DNA of 64,000 bases from an uncultured Desulfobacter sp. (lineage in GTDB: Bacteria; Desulfobacterota; Desulfobacteria; Desulfobacterales; Desulfobacteraceae). A program made the translations under genes and the position numbers. How positions within the stretch are numbered: the stretch's first letter is position 1; each line of letters starts with the position of its first letter. Under the pieces are notes generated by a model that saw nothing but the letters and a program-made list of their open reading frames with translations, made no database searches and was not told where the DNA came from. This document shows, one piece after another, positions 28,946-39,199 of this stretch. Location: contig OY762069.1 in assembly GCA_963665095.1 (NCBI GenBank), forward strand, positions 3,008,001-3,072,000, given 5' to 3'.

Positions 28946-31273
28946 CTATTTCACAACGTGCCTCTTCTGCTCAAGCTGCACTATGGAGGGGGTTAAAAAT
29001 ATCAGCAGTTCATTTCTGTCATCCACCTCGGCCTTTGAACCAAAAAGATACCCCAGGACAGGAATACCACTTAAGAAGGGAACCCCGTCATCATCCTGGC
29101 TCTGGGTGGTTTTGACCACACCACCGATGACAACCGTATCGTTGTTATTGACCAGAAGCTCGGTTTCCGCTTCGTTTGTGGCCAGGGTGGGAACCCCGTC
29201 AGAACTGATGCTGGCCACATCATTTTTAGTCAGACGGACGGTCATGGATATTCTGTTATCCGGTGTGACATGCGGGGTGACTTCCAAAAGCAGGTCAATA
29301 TCTTTATATGCCACGGAAGAGCCGCCGGAATCGTCCCGTTCAAGGTAGGCGTACTCCTGCCCCTGTTTGATCATGGCCTTTTTATTATCCAGAGTTAAAA
29401 TTCTTGGAGAGGAGACAATTTTTACATCACCCTGTTCTTCGGAGGCTTCCAACTGCGCATTCAAGGCCGTAACTGAACTGCCAAACAACCCGAAAAATGA
29501 AAAGTTTCCGGACACGCCCACCGTATTTGATCCATTGATGGAGACGCTGAAATCATCCACGAAGTCATCCACCACATTGGAAGCATTGGACAGGTTCCAG
29601 TTAATGCCAAAACTCCTGGAAAACTCCTTGGTTACCTCCACCACCTTCGCCTCTATCATAATCTGGGGCGTTACTTTATCAAGCCTGTAAATCAGCTCAT
29701 TGGCCTGATCTACTTTGGCCCGGGTATCGGTAATAATCAGCATATTTGTACGGCTGTCCACAGAGAGCTTCCCCCGCTCAGGGGTGAGAATCTGCAAGAC
29801 ATGGGGTTCTATATCTGCTTTTGCATCGGAATAATTAATGGGGATGTATTCGGTGACAAGGGGTTCCAGCGCTTTCCTCTGCTCTTCCGATTTCTGGACG
29901 GCAGCCATGAGATCCTGACGGTCCTGTTCCTCCTTGGCCAGGGTATCAACAGTGGCAATACGCACCACATTACCTTCCATCTTTTTACCCAGACCGTTCA
30001 TCTTTAAAACCAGATCCAGAATCTGATCCCAGGGAACCGGGTCCTCAAGACTTAGGGTCACCTTGCCGTCAACATCCTTGTCTATGGCAAAATTTACCCC
30101 CCCTACGCTTTTTAAAATTCTGAAAACATTTTTAATATCTGTTTCATAAAAATCCAGCTTGATCTTTTCACCTGTATAGCGCCCTGAAGAGGGATTTAAA
30201 AACGTATCCTGGGCTGAAGCGGAATGCTGGCTTGCACCGGTCTCTTTTCGGGGCTGCATGCTTTTGGGGCCACCCTGCCCGTCAAAGTTTTTTTGCAAAC
30301 CTGTCCCCTTAGCCATCCTGGCTTTTTCAAATTCAGGGGGCTGTACCGTTGAGGGCTCAAACACCATGTGAATACCTTTTGTGGTCTGGACCACCTGAAA
30401 CGGCACTTTCTCCCGAATTTTTATGTCCACCAGAGTATCATTGGGGTTGGCCGGGCTGGGCTTGGGCATGACGCTTTCCACAGCAGAATTGAAATACCGG
30501 GTTAAAAGCGGCCGCTGATGATACACCGGGGTTTTGGTATTATATAGTATGAGACTTATGGCGTCGCTGCCGTTCTGACGGGTTTCATATCGAACCGGAT
30601 GATCGGTTCCAACCCGGATGTCAGACTGACCGGTTTCATCATTGTCAAATTCAATATGGATCATCTGGGCCTGTGTCGAAGGGATCTGGACATCTTCAGG
30701 CAGGATCTCGCCGTCCTCTGGGTCGAGACCGGGTGAAGCGGCAGTCACCTCTGCCGCCCGGACCTGTTCCGCTTCACTCTGGCTGCCCTGGAGAATAATG
30801 CCTAACCGGTCGTCCTTTTCCTCCACCTGGTATGGCAGATCCTTTTTCAAAAGGATATCTACCCGGACCGTTGTCTGGGCATCATCTGCAAAGCCGACCT
30901 TGACATTACTGACACGGGGATCAGAAAACACACCGGCATCCACACCCGGTGCAAGCCTGGTATCGGAGATATAAACAGTCACGGCAAAAGGAAAAGACTG
31001 TTTAATGGAGGAATAATCATCCAGCCTGGTGGAACCCTGAATCCAGACCTCAAAAACGTCCTGTTCAGGATTGACCCATATTTTTTCAACCGTCCTGGAT
31101 AAAGACGATGATTCGTTCTGAGCAGCCTGGTTTTCAGGCACCTGCACCGCATCCCCGGAAGCCTGGCTTCCTGCCTCATGGGTTGCACATCCAGCCATAA
31201 GGAAAAGCAGCAGCACAGACACGATAAAATTTAACCCATACTGTCTGACAGCAGACCGATAATTCTGAATCAT
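28946..31273 (-). CDS. pilQ: Type IV pilus secretin PilQ
   Basis: YTGEKIKLDF, VPWDQILDLVL, QIMIEAKVVEV and GVPFLSGIPVLGYLF...ELLIFLTP motifs. Last gene of pilMNOPQ. Confidence 0.95.
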   Translation of the reverse strand: MIQNYRSAVRQYGLNFIVSVLLLFLMAGCATHEAGSQASGDAVQVPENQAAQNESSSLSRTVEKIWVNPEQDVFEVWIQGSTRLDDYSSIKQSFPFAVTVYISDTRLAPGVDAGVFSDPRVSNVKVGFADDAQTTVRVDILLKKDLPYQVEEKDDRLGIILQGSQSEAEQVRAAEVTAASPGLDPEDGEILPEDVQIPSTQAQMIHIEFDNDETGQSDIRVGTDHPVRYETRQNGSDAISLILYNTKTPVYHQRPLLTRYFNSAVESVMPKPSPANPNDTLVDIKIREKVPFQVVQTTKGIHMVFEPSTVQPPEFEKARMAKGTGLQKNFDGQGGPKSMQPRKETGASQHSASAQDTFLNPSSGRYTGEKIKLDFYETDIKNVFRILKSVGGVNFAIDKDVDGKVTLSLEDPVPWDQILDLVLKMNGLGKKMEGNVVRIATVDTLAKEEQDRQDLMAAVQKSEEQRKALEPLVTEYIPINYSDAKADIEPHVLQILTPERGKLSVDSRTNMLIITDTRAKVDQANELIYRLDKVTPQIMIEAKVVEVTKEFSRSFGINWNLSNASNVVDDFVDDFSVSINGSNTVGVSGNFSFFGLFGSSVTALNAQLEASEEQGDVKIVSSPRILTLDNKKAMIKQGQEYAYLERDDSGGSSVAYKDIDLLLEVTPHVTPDNRISMTVRLTKNDVASISSDGVPTLATNEAETELLVNNNDTVVIGGVVKTTQSQDDDGVPFLSGIPVLGYLFGSKAEVDDRNELLIFLTPSIVQLEQKRHVVK

Positions 31274-31274
31274 C

Positions 31275-31922
31275 TTATTCCCCATCCTCACTTTTATGAA
31301 ATTTAATCTCCTCAAAATGCTTGCGAAGATCTCCTTTATAATCTCTCACCGTTTCTTCAATCTTTAAACTGTCTTTAGTAATTGCCGTTACCCGGCCGCT
31401 GTTCTTACCAATATATGTACCTAGAGAGACTTCGTATCCTTTGCCGCTGGCCTCTTCCACCATGGCAATGGTCCGGTTCGGCATTTCAACAATTGCCACC
31501 AGCTTAATCTGACTTAAAGACAGCTTTTCCAGAGGCGTCAACTCCCGTTCCGGATCATCGCGGACAGGTGTTGGCGGGGTATTTGACTCATTTTTTTCAG
31601 CAATCAGAGGCACAAACGGATCCACCCGGCCTTTGCTGTCATATTTTTCCAACGGCTTAGAAATGTTTGATTTTTCTTGGACATCCATTGCAGACACCTG
31701 GACCGCATTTTCCTTCTTACCCTGCGCTGATTTTTTTTCTTTTGCATTTTCCAAACCCTGCTGGATAGTAGGTTTGGGAGCGGCCTTGCTGATGGATTTA
31801 GAAATCACCCGGGCCTTGTCTTTTATAGCGGCAGCAGGGGATTGCTCCTCATTGCATCCGACCATCAAAAGCATTGATACGCAAAGGCCGGCCACTCCGA
31901 ATATTTTAATAAATTTTGCCAT
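31275..31922 (-). CDS. pilP: Pilus assembly lipoprotein PilP
   Basis: Lipobox MVGC, GRVDPFVP, PLEKLSLSQIKLVAIV and GTYIGKNSGRV. Confidence 0.92.
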   Translation of the reverse strand: MAKFIKIFGVAGLCVSMLLMVGCNEEQSPAAAIKDKARVISKSISKAAPKPTIQQGLENAKEKKSAQGKKENAVQVSAMDVQEKSNISKPLEKYDSKGRVDPFVPLIAEKNESNTPPTPVRDDPERELTPLEKLSLSQIKLVAIVEMPNRTIAMVEEASGKGYEVSLGTYIGKNSGRVTAITKDSLKIEETVRDYKGDLRKHFEEIKFHKSEDGE

Positions 31923-31943
31923 ATCCTGTATCCGTTATCCCAT

Positions 31944-32609
31944 TTATGATTTTTTCCTGCCTTTGTTAGCCTTTGTCGCATCTTCTTCCTTGGGTTCTAC
32001 AAACATATAAGTCACAGCCCGGCATTTCATCTGAATAACATTTCTGGCTGTACTGTCTTTTTCAGGTTTAACCCGGTCCATAGAAATTGAGGGAATGGTA
32101 ACAATACGATTCAATCCGGCAACCTGGTAAAAGAAATCCGCCATCTGATGATACCCGCCCCGAACTGTCATGGATAATGGAATTTCTTTATAAAACTGGG
32201 AGTCCACAGTATTTTCCGGCTGAAACAGCTGCACCTCGAGGCCGGCACTCTTTCCGGCTTTGGATATCTCATCGAGCAGGGAAGGCAGCTCCCGTTTATC
32301 AGGAAGGGCTGTCATGGCAATATTAAACTGCTCCTGAACTTCAGCCATCCGGGCTTCTTCCTTTGGTAACGTCAGCGCTTTGCTCTTATATGTGGCTAAG
32401 GTCCGCCTCTCATTATTCAGGGTCTCTTCTGAACTTTTAAGGGTGTTAAATTGTGGCCCAATCAATAAAAAATAAAACCCCACGCCAATTAAAACAAAGG
32501 TTCCTACACAGATAAGCAGACGCTGGACTTTAGTCAGTTCCCCGATTTTTTGAAACAGTGCATCTGTTTTTTCACTGAACGTCCCGCGGCTCTCTTTTTT
32601 CTTAGCCAT
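31944..32609 (-). CDS. pilO: Pilus assembly protein PilO
   Basis: LPDKRELPSLLDEIS and FYKEIPLSMTVRGGYH...LNRIV motifs. Confidence 0.92.
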   Translation of the reverse strand: MAKKKESRGTFSEKTDALFQKIGELTKVQRLLICVGTFVLIGVGFYFLLIGPQFNTLKSSEETLNNERRTLATYKSKALTLPKEEARMAEVQEQFNIAMTALPDKRELPSLLDEISKAGKSAGLEVQLFQPENTVDSQFYKEIPLSMTVRGGYHQMADFFYQVAGLNRIVTIPSISMDRVKPEKDSTARNVIQMKCRAVTYMFVEPKEEDATKANKGRKKS

Positions 32610-32630
32610 TATTTTCCCCCTTCCGGGTGG

Positions 32631-33212
32631 TTATCCTTTATTCCCTGTCGCGTCTGCGTCAGGAGCAGGCAATTTTTTAACACAGGATATCACAAATTCC
32701 TTCAGCCGGATGGTATCATCAAACTTCTTTGTTTGTGACAATATCAGATCCACAGAACCAAACATGCCGGTATTTTCAAGCTTTCTCATAAACGCTGCAA
32801 TGGTTGGGTTATCAAACGCAATGCCTTTCAGGGATACCGTCTGTGGATCTGCAGATACACTGGTCAGCCACATTCTTGTTTCCACAACCCTGTCTGACAG
32901 CGCCTCCAAAAGCAGCAGTTGTTCTTTTTTCTTTGATTTCAGTCTTTCAACATCTTTCAGCTTGGCGTCCAGGATCTTCAAATTTTTCCGGATCTGGGAG
33001 ACGCGGTCAGCCTGTTTTTTATATTTAAGGCTTTCGCTTCTCACCGAGGCAATGGCTCCCTGAACCAGGTTAATTTTATTATTCATGGTAATGGAAAGCC
33101 ATACCAGTAACACGACAATGAAGACAATGGAAAGAAAGAATACCGACACCTGCCTGCGGATATTCTCCTTTTTCCTGGCCAGCCTGAACGGCAACAGGTT
33201 AATTCGTATCAT
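32631..33212 (-). CDS. pilN: Pilus assembly protein PilN
   Basis: MIRINLLP N-terminus, TM segment and coiled coil. Confidence 0.93.
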   Translation of the reverse strand: MIRINLLPFRLARKKENIRRQVSVFFLSIVFIVVLLVWLSITMNNKINLVQGAIASVRSESLKYKKQADRVSQIRKNLKILDAKLKDVERLKSKKKEQLLLLEALSDRVVETRMWLTSVSADPQTVSLKGIAFDNPTIAAFMRKLENTGMFGSVDLILSQTKKFDDTIRLKEFVISCVKKLPAPDADATGNKG

Positions 33213-34264
33213 TTGTCATCCACCCGTCTCATGGCAAGCCCCAGTGCAATAGGGGCCAGAAGCTGATACGCTTCCAGTTCGCCAATTTTTGAATTGCTGA
33301 CCAGCCCGGCAAAGGGGTTAATCCGTGATACCGGCACTTCCAGCTCCTTGGCCATATGCTCAACAAGGGCATCTATAAAACCGCCCCCGCCACTTATAAC
33401 TATCTGCTCAACCTTAAGATCATTGGTACCGGATTCAAAAGTATGGACGACTTCACAGATATCTGAGGACCAGTTACTGACAATGATGTCATAAATATCC
33501 GGCAGGCTGTAAGGCGATTCCGGGGGCTCGGCCTGCCCCAGGATAATCTGATGCGCTACCTCCTGGTCTACTTCAAACCGTTCACTGACAGCAGCCACCA
33601 GCTGGCTGCCCCCCCCGGTCATATCCCGCATCATCATGGAACTATTGTTCTGAAGGATATTCAACGAAATTTTAGACGCCCCGGCATCTATCAGCAGGGT
33701 CACCTTCTCATGGTCAAGGTCGGGAAGAGCTTCATAAACATTCTGCAGGGCAAATGCATCGACATCAATGATAACCGGATTTAATCCAGCCATCTGGATC
33801 AGCTCAATATATTCGGCCACAAGATCTTTTCTCACCGCCACAAGAAGCACATTCATCTGCTCAGCTGAATACTCGCTCTCCCCTAAAATCTGATAATCAA
33901 TGTTGACATCATCTATATCGTAAGGAATGTACTGCTCAGCTTCTGCTCTGATATTTTTATGCAGCTCCTCTTCTGACACTTTGGGCGTACTGATGGTCTT
34001 GATCACCACGGACTGTCCGCCCGTTGACACAGCCACGTTCTTTTCTTTAATTTTCTGGGATTTAAACAAGGAACGAATAATTTCAGCCAACCCCTCCATA
34101 TCAGCAATCCGGCCCTCGCTAATCGCGCCTTCCGGAACTGGAAGGATGCCAAACCTGTGAAGGGAGTTTCCTTTTTTAGAGGTCTTGATTTCAGCCGCTT
34201 TCACGAAAGCGGAGCCAATATCTAGACCAACAAGATGATCTTTTTTTCCGAATACCATACGCAT
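33209..34264 (-). CDS. pilM: Pilus assembly protein PilM
   Basis: VGLDIGS, AEQYIPYDIDDVNIDY, IDVDAFAL and GLAMR motifs. Confidence 0.95.
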   Translation of the reverse strand: MRMVFGKKDHLVGLDIGSAFVKAAEIKTSKKGNSLHRFGILPVPEGAISEGRIADMEGLAEIIRSLFKSQKIKEKNVAVSTGGQSVVIKTISTPKVSEEELHKNIRAEAEQYIPYDIDDVNIDYQILGESEYSAEQMNVLLVAVRKDLVAEYIELIQMAGLNPVIIDVDAFALQNVYEALPDLDHEKVTLLIDAGASKISLNILQNNSSMMMRDMTGGGSQLVAAVSERFEVDQEVAHQIILGQAEPPESPYSLPDIYDIIVSNWSSDICEVVHTFESGTNDLKVEQIVISGGGGFIDALVEHMAKELEVPVSRINPFAGLVSNSKIGELEAYQLLAPIALGLAMRRVDDK

Positions 34265-34482
34265 CTATCCTTCATGGTGGCTATCGCAAAGGCGCTGAAT
34301 AGAAAATGCAATTTATATTTTTTGTTGATATCCTGCATTAATATGACTATATAATTGATACGAAATGCACGTAAAGTCAAGTAGAATCCGACTTTTAATG
34401 AGTTGAATAGCAAAAAAAAAAAGTATTTGTCAAACAAAAAACAACAAAAGTATGAATATTATTTCATAAAAATATAGAAATT

Positions 34483-35934
34483 GTGAAAAACAATCCACAA
34501 AAAAATACCGCTCCCACAGGTGGCCGCCCTTTTGTCCTAGTTAAAGCCTTTACCGTTTCAAGCCTTATTGTCATGCTTTCGGCCACCATAGTTATCGCCG
34601 CACTCAATGCCCACTGGGTAAGGAAAATTCTGCTTGAGAAAAGTAAAGAGTATAACCGGCTACTTGTAGAAAATCTTAACCATCAGATATTTTTAAGATT
34701 TGTCTGGCCGGTTGTTGTGAAGCATGGAGAAATAAAGCTGCGGGAACCCAATCAGTATCAGCTTCTTGATACGGTAGTCAAAAGCACCCTGCACAGCTTC
34801 CATGTTGAAATGGTCAATATATACGGCACAGACAATATCATCGGGTACAGCCTGAAACAATCCAATATCGGGAAAAAAAATGCCGGCGGCGTGCATTATG
34901 AAAAGGCCATGAACAAGGAAGTCACCTCCAAACTGGTGCAGACGGGAAGTTTTCTTGAACTGATGTTCTGGTTTCCCAAGGAGACAAAGATAGTCACCTT
35001 TGCACCTCTGATGCAGGAGGTGCAGCTCACCCGGGACAAAGACAGGATGGTTATCGGCGCCATTGAAATTGTCAGGGATGTATCTGACGACTACCAGCAG
35101 GTGTTTAAACTGCAGGGACTGGTTGTCGCCTCCTGCGCCACCATTATGGGGATGCTTTTTCTCATTTTACGTTTTGTGGTAAAACATGGTGAAAATATCA
35201 TTGAACGCCGGGCTGAGGAGCGGCTTAAACTTGAGGAAAAACTGCGACGGGCAGAACACCTGTCTGCCATAGGAGAAATGACGGCCGGTGTATCCCATGA
35301 AATTCGCAATCCATTAGGAATTATCAAGAGCTCTGCCCAGTTAATGAAAAAGAAAATGGCCAAACTGAATCTGCCTGCCAATATACCGGATATTATTGTG
35401 GAGGAGTCCAGTCGGCTTGACCGCATCATTACCGATTTTCTTGATTTTGCAAAGCCTAAAATCGCAGATTTAAGGCCCTGCAGACTGGAAGATATTCTAG
35501 AAAAAAATCTGGCGTATCTCTCCTCCACAGATGAGCAGAAAAATGTGACGATCATACGGGAATACCAGCCGGACCTGCCCTATATCATGGGTGATCCGGC
35601 CATGCTTTATCAGGCATTTCTTAATATTTTCCTAAACTCTTTCCAGGCCATGGGAAATGAAGAAGGCACTCTGACCATCACCACCTGGTATGAACCAGAT
35701 CTGGTATGTATCGATTTTGCAGATACCGGTCCTGGCATTGATGAAGATATTCAAAAAAAAATATGGACACCGTTTTTCACTACCAAGGAAACAGGTACTG
35801 GCCTGGGTCTTGGCATTATTAAAAATATTATCCAGGCCCATCATGGCGAAATAAGCATATCCAATGCCGAGCCTTCAGGCGCCGTAATAGAGGTCTGCCT
35901 GCCGTCCCAGCAAACCAAGACCCAGGAGCAGTAA
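34483..35934 (+). CDS. Membrane sensor histidine kinase (NtrB/PilS class)
   Basis: Two TM segments, GEMTAGVSHEIRNPL, and PFFTTKETGTGLGL. Confidence 0.93.
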   Translation: MKNNPQKNTAPTGGRPFVLVKAFTVSSLIVMLSATIVIAALNAHWVRKILLEKSKEYNRLLVENLNHQIFLRFVWPVVVKHGEIKLREPNQYQLLDTVVKSTLHSFHVEMVNIYGTDNIIGYSLKQSNIGKKNAGGVHYEKAMNKEVTSKLVQTGSFLELMFWFPKETKIVTFAPLMQEVQLTRDKDRMVIGAIEIVRDVSDDYQQVFKLQGLVVASCATIMGMLFLILRFVVKHGENIIERRAEERLKLEEKLRRAEHLSAIGEMTAGVSHEIRNPLGIIKSSAQLMKKKMAKLNLPANIPDIIVEESSRLDRIITDFLDFAKPKIADLRPCRLEDILEKNLAYLSSTDEQKNVTIIREYQPDLPYIMGDPAMLYQAFLNIFLNSFQAMGNEEGTLTITTWYEPDLVCIDFADTGPGIDEDIQKKIWTPFFTTKETGTGLGLGIIKNIIQAHHGEISISNAEPSGAVIEVCLPSQQTKTQEQ

Positions 35935-37325
35935 TGGAAAGCATATTAATTGTTGACGACGAAAAACACTATCCAATGATCATAGGAGAGGTACTGGCCG
36001 AAGAGGGCTACACAACCTTCACTGCCTCAAGCGGTATGGAAGCATTGGATATCCTTAATACCCAGATCATCGACCTTGTTCTGTCAGATGTAAAAATGCC
36101 GGGAATGTCAGGTATTGACCTTATGGAGAAAGCCAAAGAGATTAAGCCGGATCTGCCGGTAATCATTATGACCGCTTTCGGCAGCGTGGAAAAGGCTGTT
36201 GAAGCCATGCACAAAGGCGCCTATACCTTTATTTTAAAACCATTTGAAAATGAAGCACTCATTGCCCATATCGCCAAAGCCCTGTCCATATATAAAATTG
36301 TCCGGGAAAACGCCCGGCTCAAGGATGCCATCCGCACACGGTATCAGTTTGATAATATTATAGGTAAAAGCAAACCCATGCAGGAGCTGTATGAGATAAT
36401 TAAAAAGGTGGCGCCCACCAGCGCCACCGTGCTGATCGAAGGAGAGAGCGGCACCGGAAAAGAGCTTGTGGCCAAATCAATTCATTACAACAGCCTAAGA
36501 AAAAACCAGTCCCTGGTAGCGGTGAACTGTTCTGCCTTTGCGGAATCTTTACTGGAAAGTGAGCTCTTCGGCCATGAAAAAGGCGCCTTCACAGGGGCTG
36601 TCGGTTTAAAAAAAGGCCGGTTTGAATTGGCCGACAAGGGGACAATATTCCTGGATGAAATTGGCGAACTGCCAATGCCGCTTCAGGTAAAACTTTTAAG
36701 GGTACTTCAGGAACGCACCGTGGAACGGGTGGGTGGCACCCTGAGCCTGCCTGTAGATTTTCGACTCATTGCCGCAACCAACAAAATTTTGGAAGATGAG
36801 GTAAAAAAAGGTAATTTCAGAGAAGATCTCTACTACCGGCTCAATGTTGTCAAGGCCGCGCTCCCCCCCTTGCGGGAGCGTCAGGAAGACATTCCTTTAC
36901 TCATAAACCATTTCATTGAAAAATATACCAAAGGGCCTGAACCCGCCGGGAAAATCACCGGTATTGAAAAAACAGCGATCCAACGCCTGTGCGACTATGA
37001 GTGGAGAGGAAATGTCAGAGAATTGGAGAATGTAATTGAACGGGCAGTCATACTGGCCCCCGGAAATCGAATCAATGTATCAGATCTGCCGGCCCAGGTT
37101 CGCAATCCCAAACCTGGCACGCTTCAGCTTGAAGGTATCCCGGAAGGGGTGGGCCTTACAGAAACACTGGCAGCTGTAGAAAAAAGGATGATTCAGCGGG
37201 CAATGAAGATGTCCGGCAATATCCAGACAAAAGCGGCCGAAATTCTTGGTATCGGGAAAAGCGGTTTGAATCAAAAATTAAAAAAATTCAACCTGGACAA
37301 GGAGTTAAAACTGGACAACAAATAA
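35934..37325 (+). CDS. Sigma54-dependent response regulator (NtrC/PilR class: REC-AAA+-HTH)
   Basis: [34 protein letters not shown] and [10 protein letters not shown] motifs, with a Fis-type HTH. Confidence 0.96.
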   Translation: MESILIVDDEKHYPMIIGEVLAEEGYTTFTASSGMEALDILNTQIIDLVLSDVKMPGMSGIDLMEKAKEIKPDLPVIIMTAFGSVEKAVEAMHKGAYTFILKPFENEALIAHIAKALSIYKIVRENARLKDAIRTRYQFDNIIGKSKPMQELYEIIKKVAPTSATVLIEGESGTGKELVAKSIHYNSLRKNQSLVAVNCSAFAESLLESELFGHEKGAFTGAVGLKKGRFELADKGTIFLDEIGELPMPLQVKLLRVLQERTVERVGGTLSLPVDFRLIAATNKILEDEVKKGNFREDLYYRLNVVKAALPPLRERQEDIPLLINHFIEKYTKGPEPAGKITGIEKTAIQRLCDYEWRGNVRELENVIERAVILAPGNRINVSDLPAQVRNPKPGTLQLEGIPEGVGLTETLAAVEKRMIQRAMKMSGNIQTKAAEILGIGKSGLNQKLKKFNLDKELKLDNK

Positions 37326-37337
37326 TTAAAAAATCCG

Positions 37338-37435
37338 GTTTAAATTTTTGAACTCCCGTGAAACATGCATATTTAAAGATACGGTATCTATTTTTTCATA
37401 AAACTGGGAATTAAAAGTTCATTTTTTTGAACTTT
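37338..37435. promoter_or_regulatory. Two GTTYA-N6-TGAAC palindromes, candidate enhancer (UAS) sites
   Basis: GTTTAAATTTTTGAAC at 37338-37353 and AAAGTTCATTTTTTTGAACTTT at 37414-37435. Confidence 0.45.
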
Positions 37436-37539
37436 GAACTGTTTGTTTTCATATTCTTAATCACTGACCTGACAGTAAACTTTCATTTTTTCCTTTAATT
37501 TAAAGGATGTTAAAATAAAATTAATTTTTTACAGTCAGG

Positions 37540-37555
37540 TAGCACGGAAATTGCT
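37540..37555 (+). promoter_or_regulatory. Candidate sigma54 -24/-12 promoter
   Basis: TAGCAC-GGAAA-TTGCT versus consensus TGGCAC-N5-TTGCW. Spacing is correct, with one mismatch in the GG. Confidence 0.5.
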
Positions 37556-37565
37556 TTTAAATATT

Positions 37566-37643
37566 TCCACTAACCACGGTTAGTTTTTTCATCTTTTTTT
37601 CCTTTTCTAAAAAAGGCTGCCCGGTCCAGGCAGCCTTTTTTAG
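37566..37643 (+). ncRNA. Putative small regulatory RNA (~75 nt)
   Basis: 5' hairpin ACTAAC-CACG-GTTAGT at the predicted start, a pyrimidine-rich linker CATCTTTTTTTCCTTTT and an intrinsic terminator. No ORF. Confidence 0.45.
37607..37643. terminator. Bidirectional intrinsic terminator
   Basis: CTAAAAAAGGCTGCC-CGGTCCA-GGCAGCCTTTTTTAG, with perfect 15-bp arms. Confidence 0.85.
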
Positions 37644-37690
37644 TTTGATGTTTAGACGATCAGGTCAGGAAAAAGGCCGGGAATGGCCCG

Positions 37691-38392
37691 TTACTGATCA
37701 GAAATTTTAGCCTGAGCAATGGCCTTATACATGGAACTATCCTGACTCAAAGCAATTTCTTCATACATATTTCGGCTTGCTTCCATGTCATTAAGTTTTT
37801 CATAAATCTGAGCCAGAGCAAACCGCGCACTGTCCTTTAACAGGGCAGAGTCACTTTTTTCCACACGAAGATAATAGGATTTTGCCTGCTCCAGGTCATT
37901 TTTCAACTCACTGATGGTTCCCAGGGAACAAAGAATAAAATTTTCCATCTCAGCCTTTTTCCCAACAGAGGACAAAGCTTTAGAGTACATTGAGAATGCT
38001 TTGTCATACGCCTCGGCATCAAAACAAATTTTGCCAAATGTAACCAGGGCCATGCGTCCCGCACTGGTGTTGGCATATTCATCAAACACTGTCTGAAAAT
38101 CATCTTTTACAGCCTCAAATCCTTTTTTGGCATCCCTGTCTTTGGCATACTGGGTTTCATATTTTGAATACGCGGCCGCCACAAGTTCAGAGGCGTTGAT
38201 CTCCGACTGTTTGAAACTGAACATGATGGCAGAAAATATGATTACCACACCGGCCACAGCGCCAATGCCGATGCACAATGGCTTTTTATGGGCCGATGCC
38301 CAGGACAGGATTTTGGCCATGTAAATCTGAAAAGAATCCATCTGCGCCAGCTCTTTTTTACGCTCATTTGATACGCCCTGATTAGTTGCCAT
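37691..38392 (-). CDS. YfgM-like TPR membrane-anchored protein
   Basis: RKKELAQMDSF N-terminus, a single TM and TPR helices. Confidence 0.75.
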   Translation of the reverse strand: MATNQGVSNERKKELAQMDSFQIYMAKILSWASAHKKPLCIGIGAVAGVVIIFSAIMFSFKQSEINASELVAAAYSKYETQYAKDRDAKKGFEAVKDDFQTVFDEYANTSAGRMALVTFGKICFDAEAYDKAFSMYSKALSSVGKKAEMENFILCSLGTISELKNDLEQAKSYYLRVEKSDSALLKDSARFALAQIYEKLNDMEASRNMYEEIALSQDSSMYKAIAQAKISDQ

Positions 38393-38535
38393 GTAAATTC
38401 ACCTTATGTATTTTGTTAATATGATCTTCAAATATAAAACAAAGGAAACAGGGTTCGGTCAAAACCCTGTGAGCCCTGTCCGTACACCTTACTATACGAA
38501 ATCTGCCTTAAAAACAGCCTGAACACATTGGTTGG

Positions 38536-38991
38536 CTACCATACCAGACGTTTAAAAATCCAGCCTTTTTCACCATCCGCATGTTCAATGTGAATCCAGT
38601 CCCCTTTTCGGTCCAGTACCCTGAAAGGCACCCCTCGCTCTACCTGTAATATAATTTTGCTTGTTTTATCAGGTTCTTTTCGGACATTGCATTTTGATTT
38701 TGTGGAGATAACCGTATTTATATTCCCTAAAAGCGACTTATGAATCCAGGCCGTATCTCCTTCAAAGTCCTTTACCTCACACCAGTCTTTATTTTTATTA
38801 ATCACAAGGAACGGATGGAATTTTTCCACCTGCCACAACACCTTATATTTGGTTCCGGCTCCGTTTCTCAGATTTGCAATGGACGCTTTTACCGCCAGGC
38901 GTTCAGAGGCATTAGCCGCAAAGGATCCAATGAGCAGACAAAGAAGAGCTCCTATAATTACAGATGGTTTTACCCTTTTGATGCATACCAT
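38536..38991 (-). CDS. Exported tandem bacterial SH3-domain protein
   Basis: Signal peptide, then ANLRNGAGTKY..WCEVKDFEGDTAWIH and CNVRKEP..WIHIEHADGEKGWIF. Confidence 0.85.
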   Translation of the reverse strand: MVCIKRVKPSVIIGALLCLLIGSFAANASERLAVKASIANLRNGAGTKYKVLWQVEKFHPFLVINKNKDWCEVKDFEGDTAWIHKSLLGNINTVISTKSKCNVRKEPDKTSKIILQVERGVPFRVLDRKGDWIHIEHADGEKGWIFKRLVW

Positions 38992-39199
38992 ATCTATCTC
39001 CAGCCCCGTTCTGTTTCAATCACACCGTACCCGTATATCAAAAAAAGCCCCTCCCATGCAAGGAATTGAGGCAAGCCATATTCCTACCTGCCAAATTTCC
39101 GGCAATTATCTGCATAAGATATTGATTTACAATGAATATGATTTTCCCACCAACGGACAAATAATAGATACAATGGTTATTTACTGATGACATCCGGCC

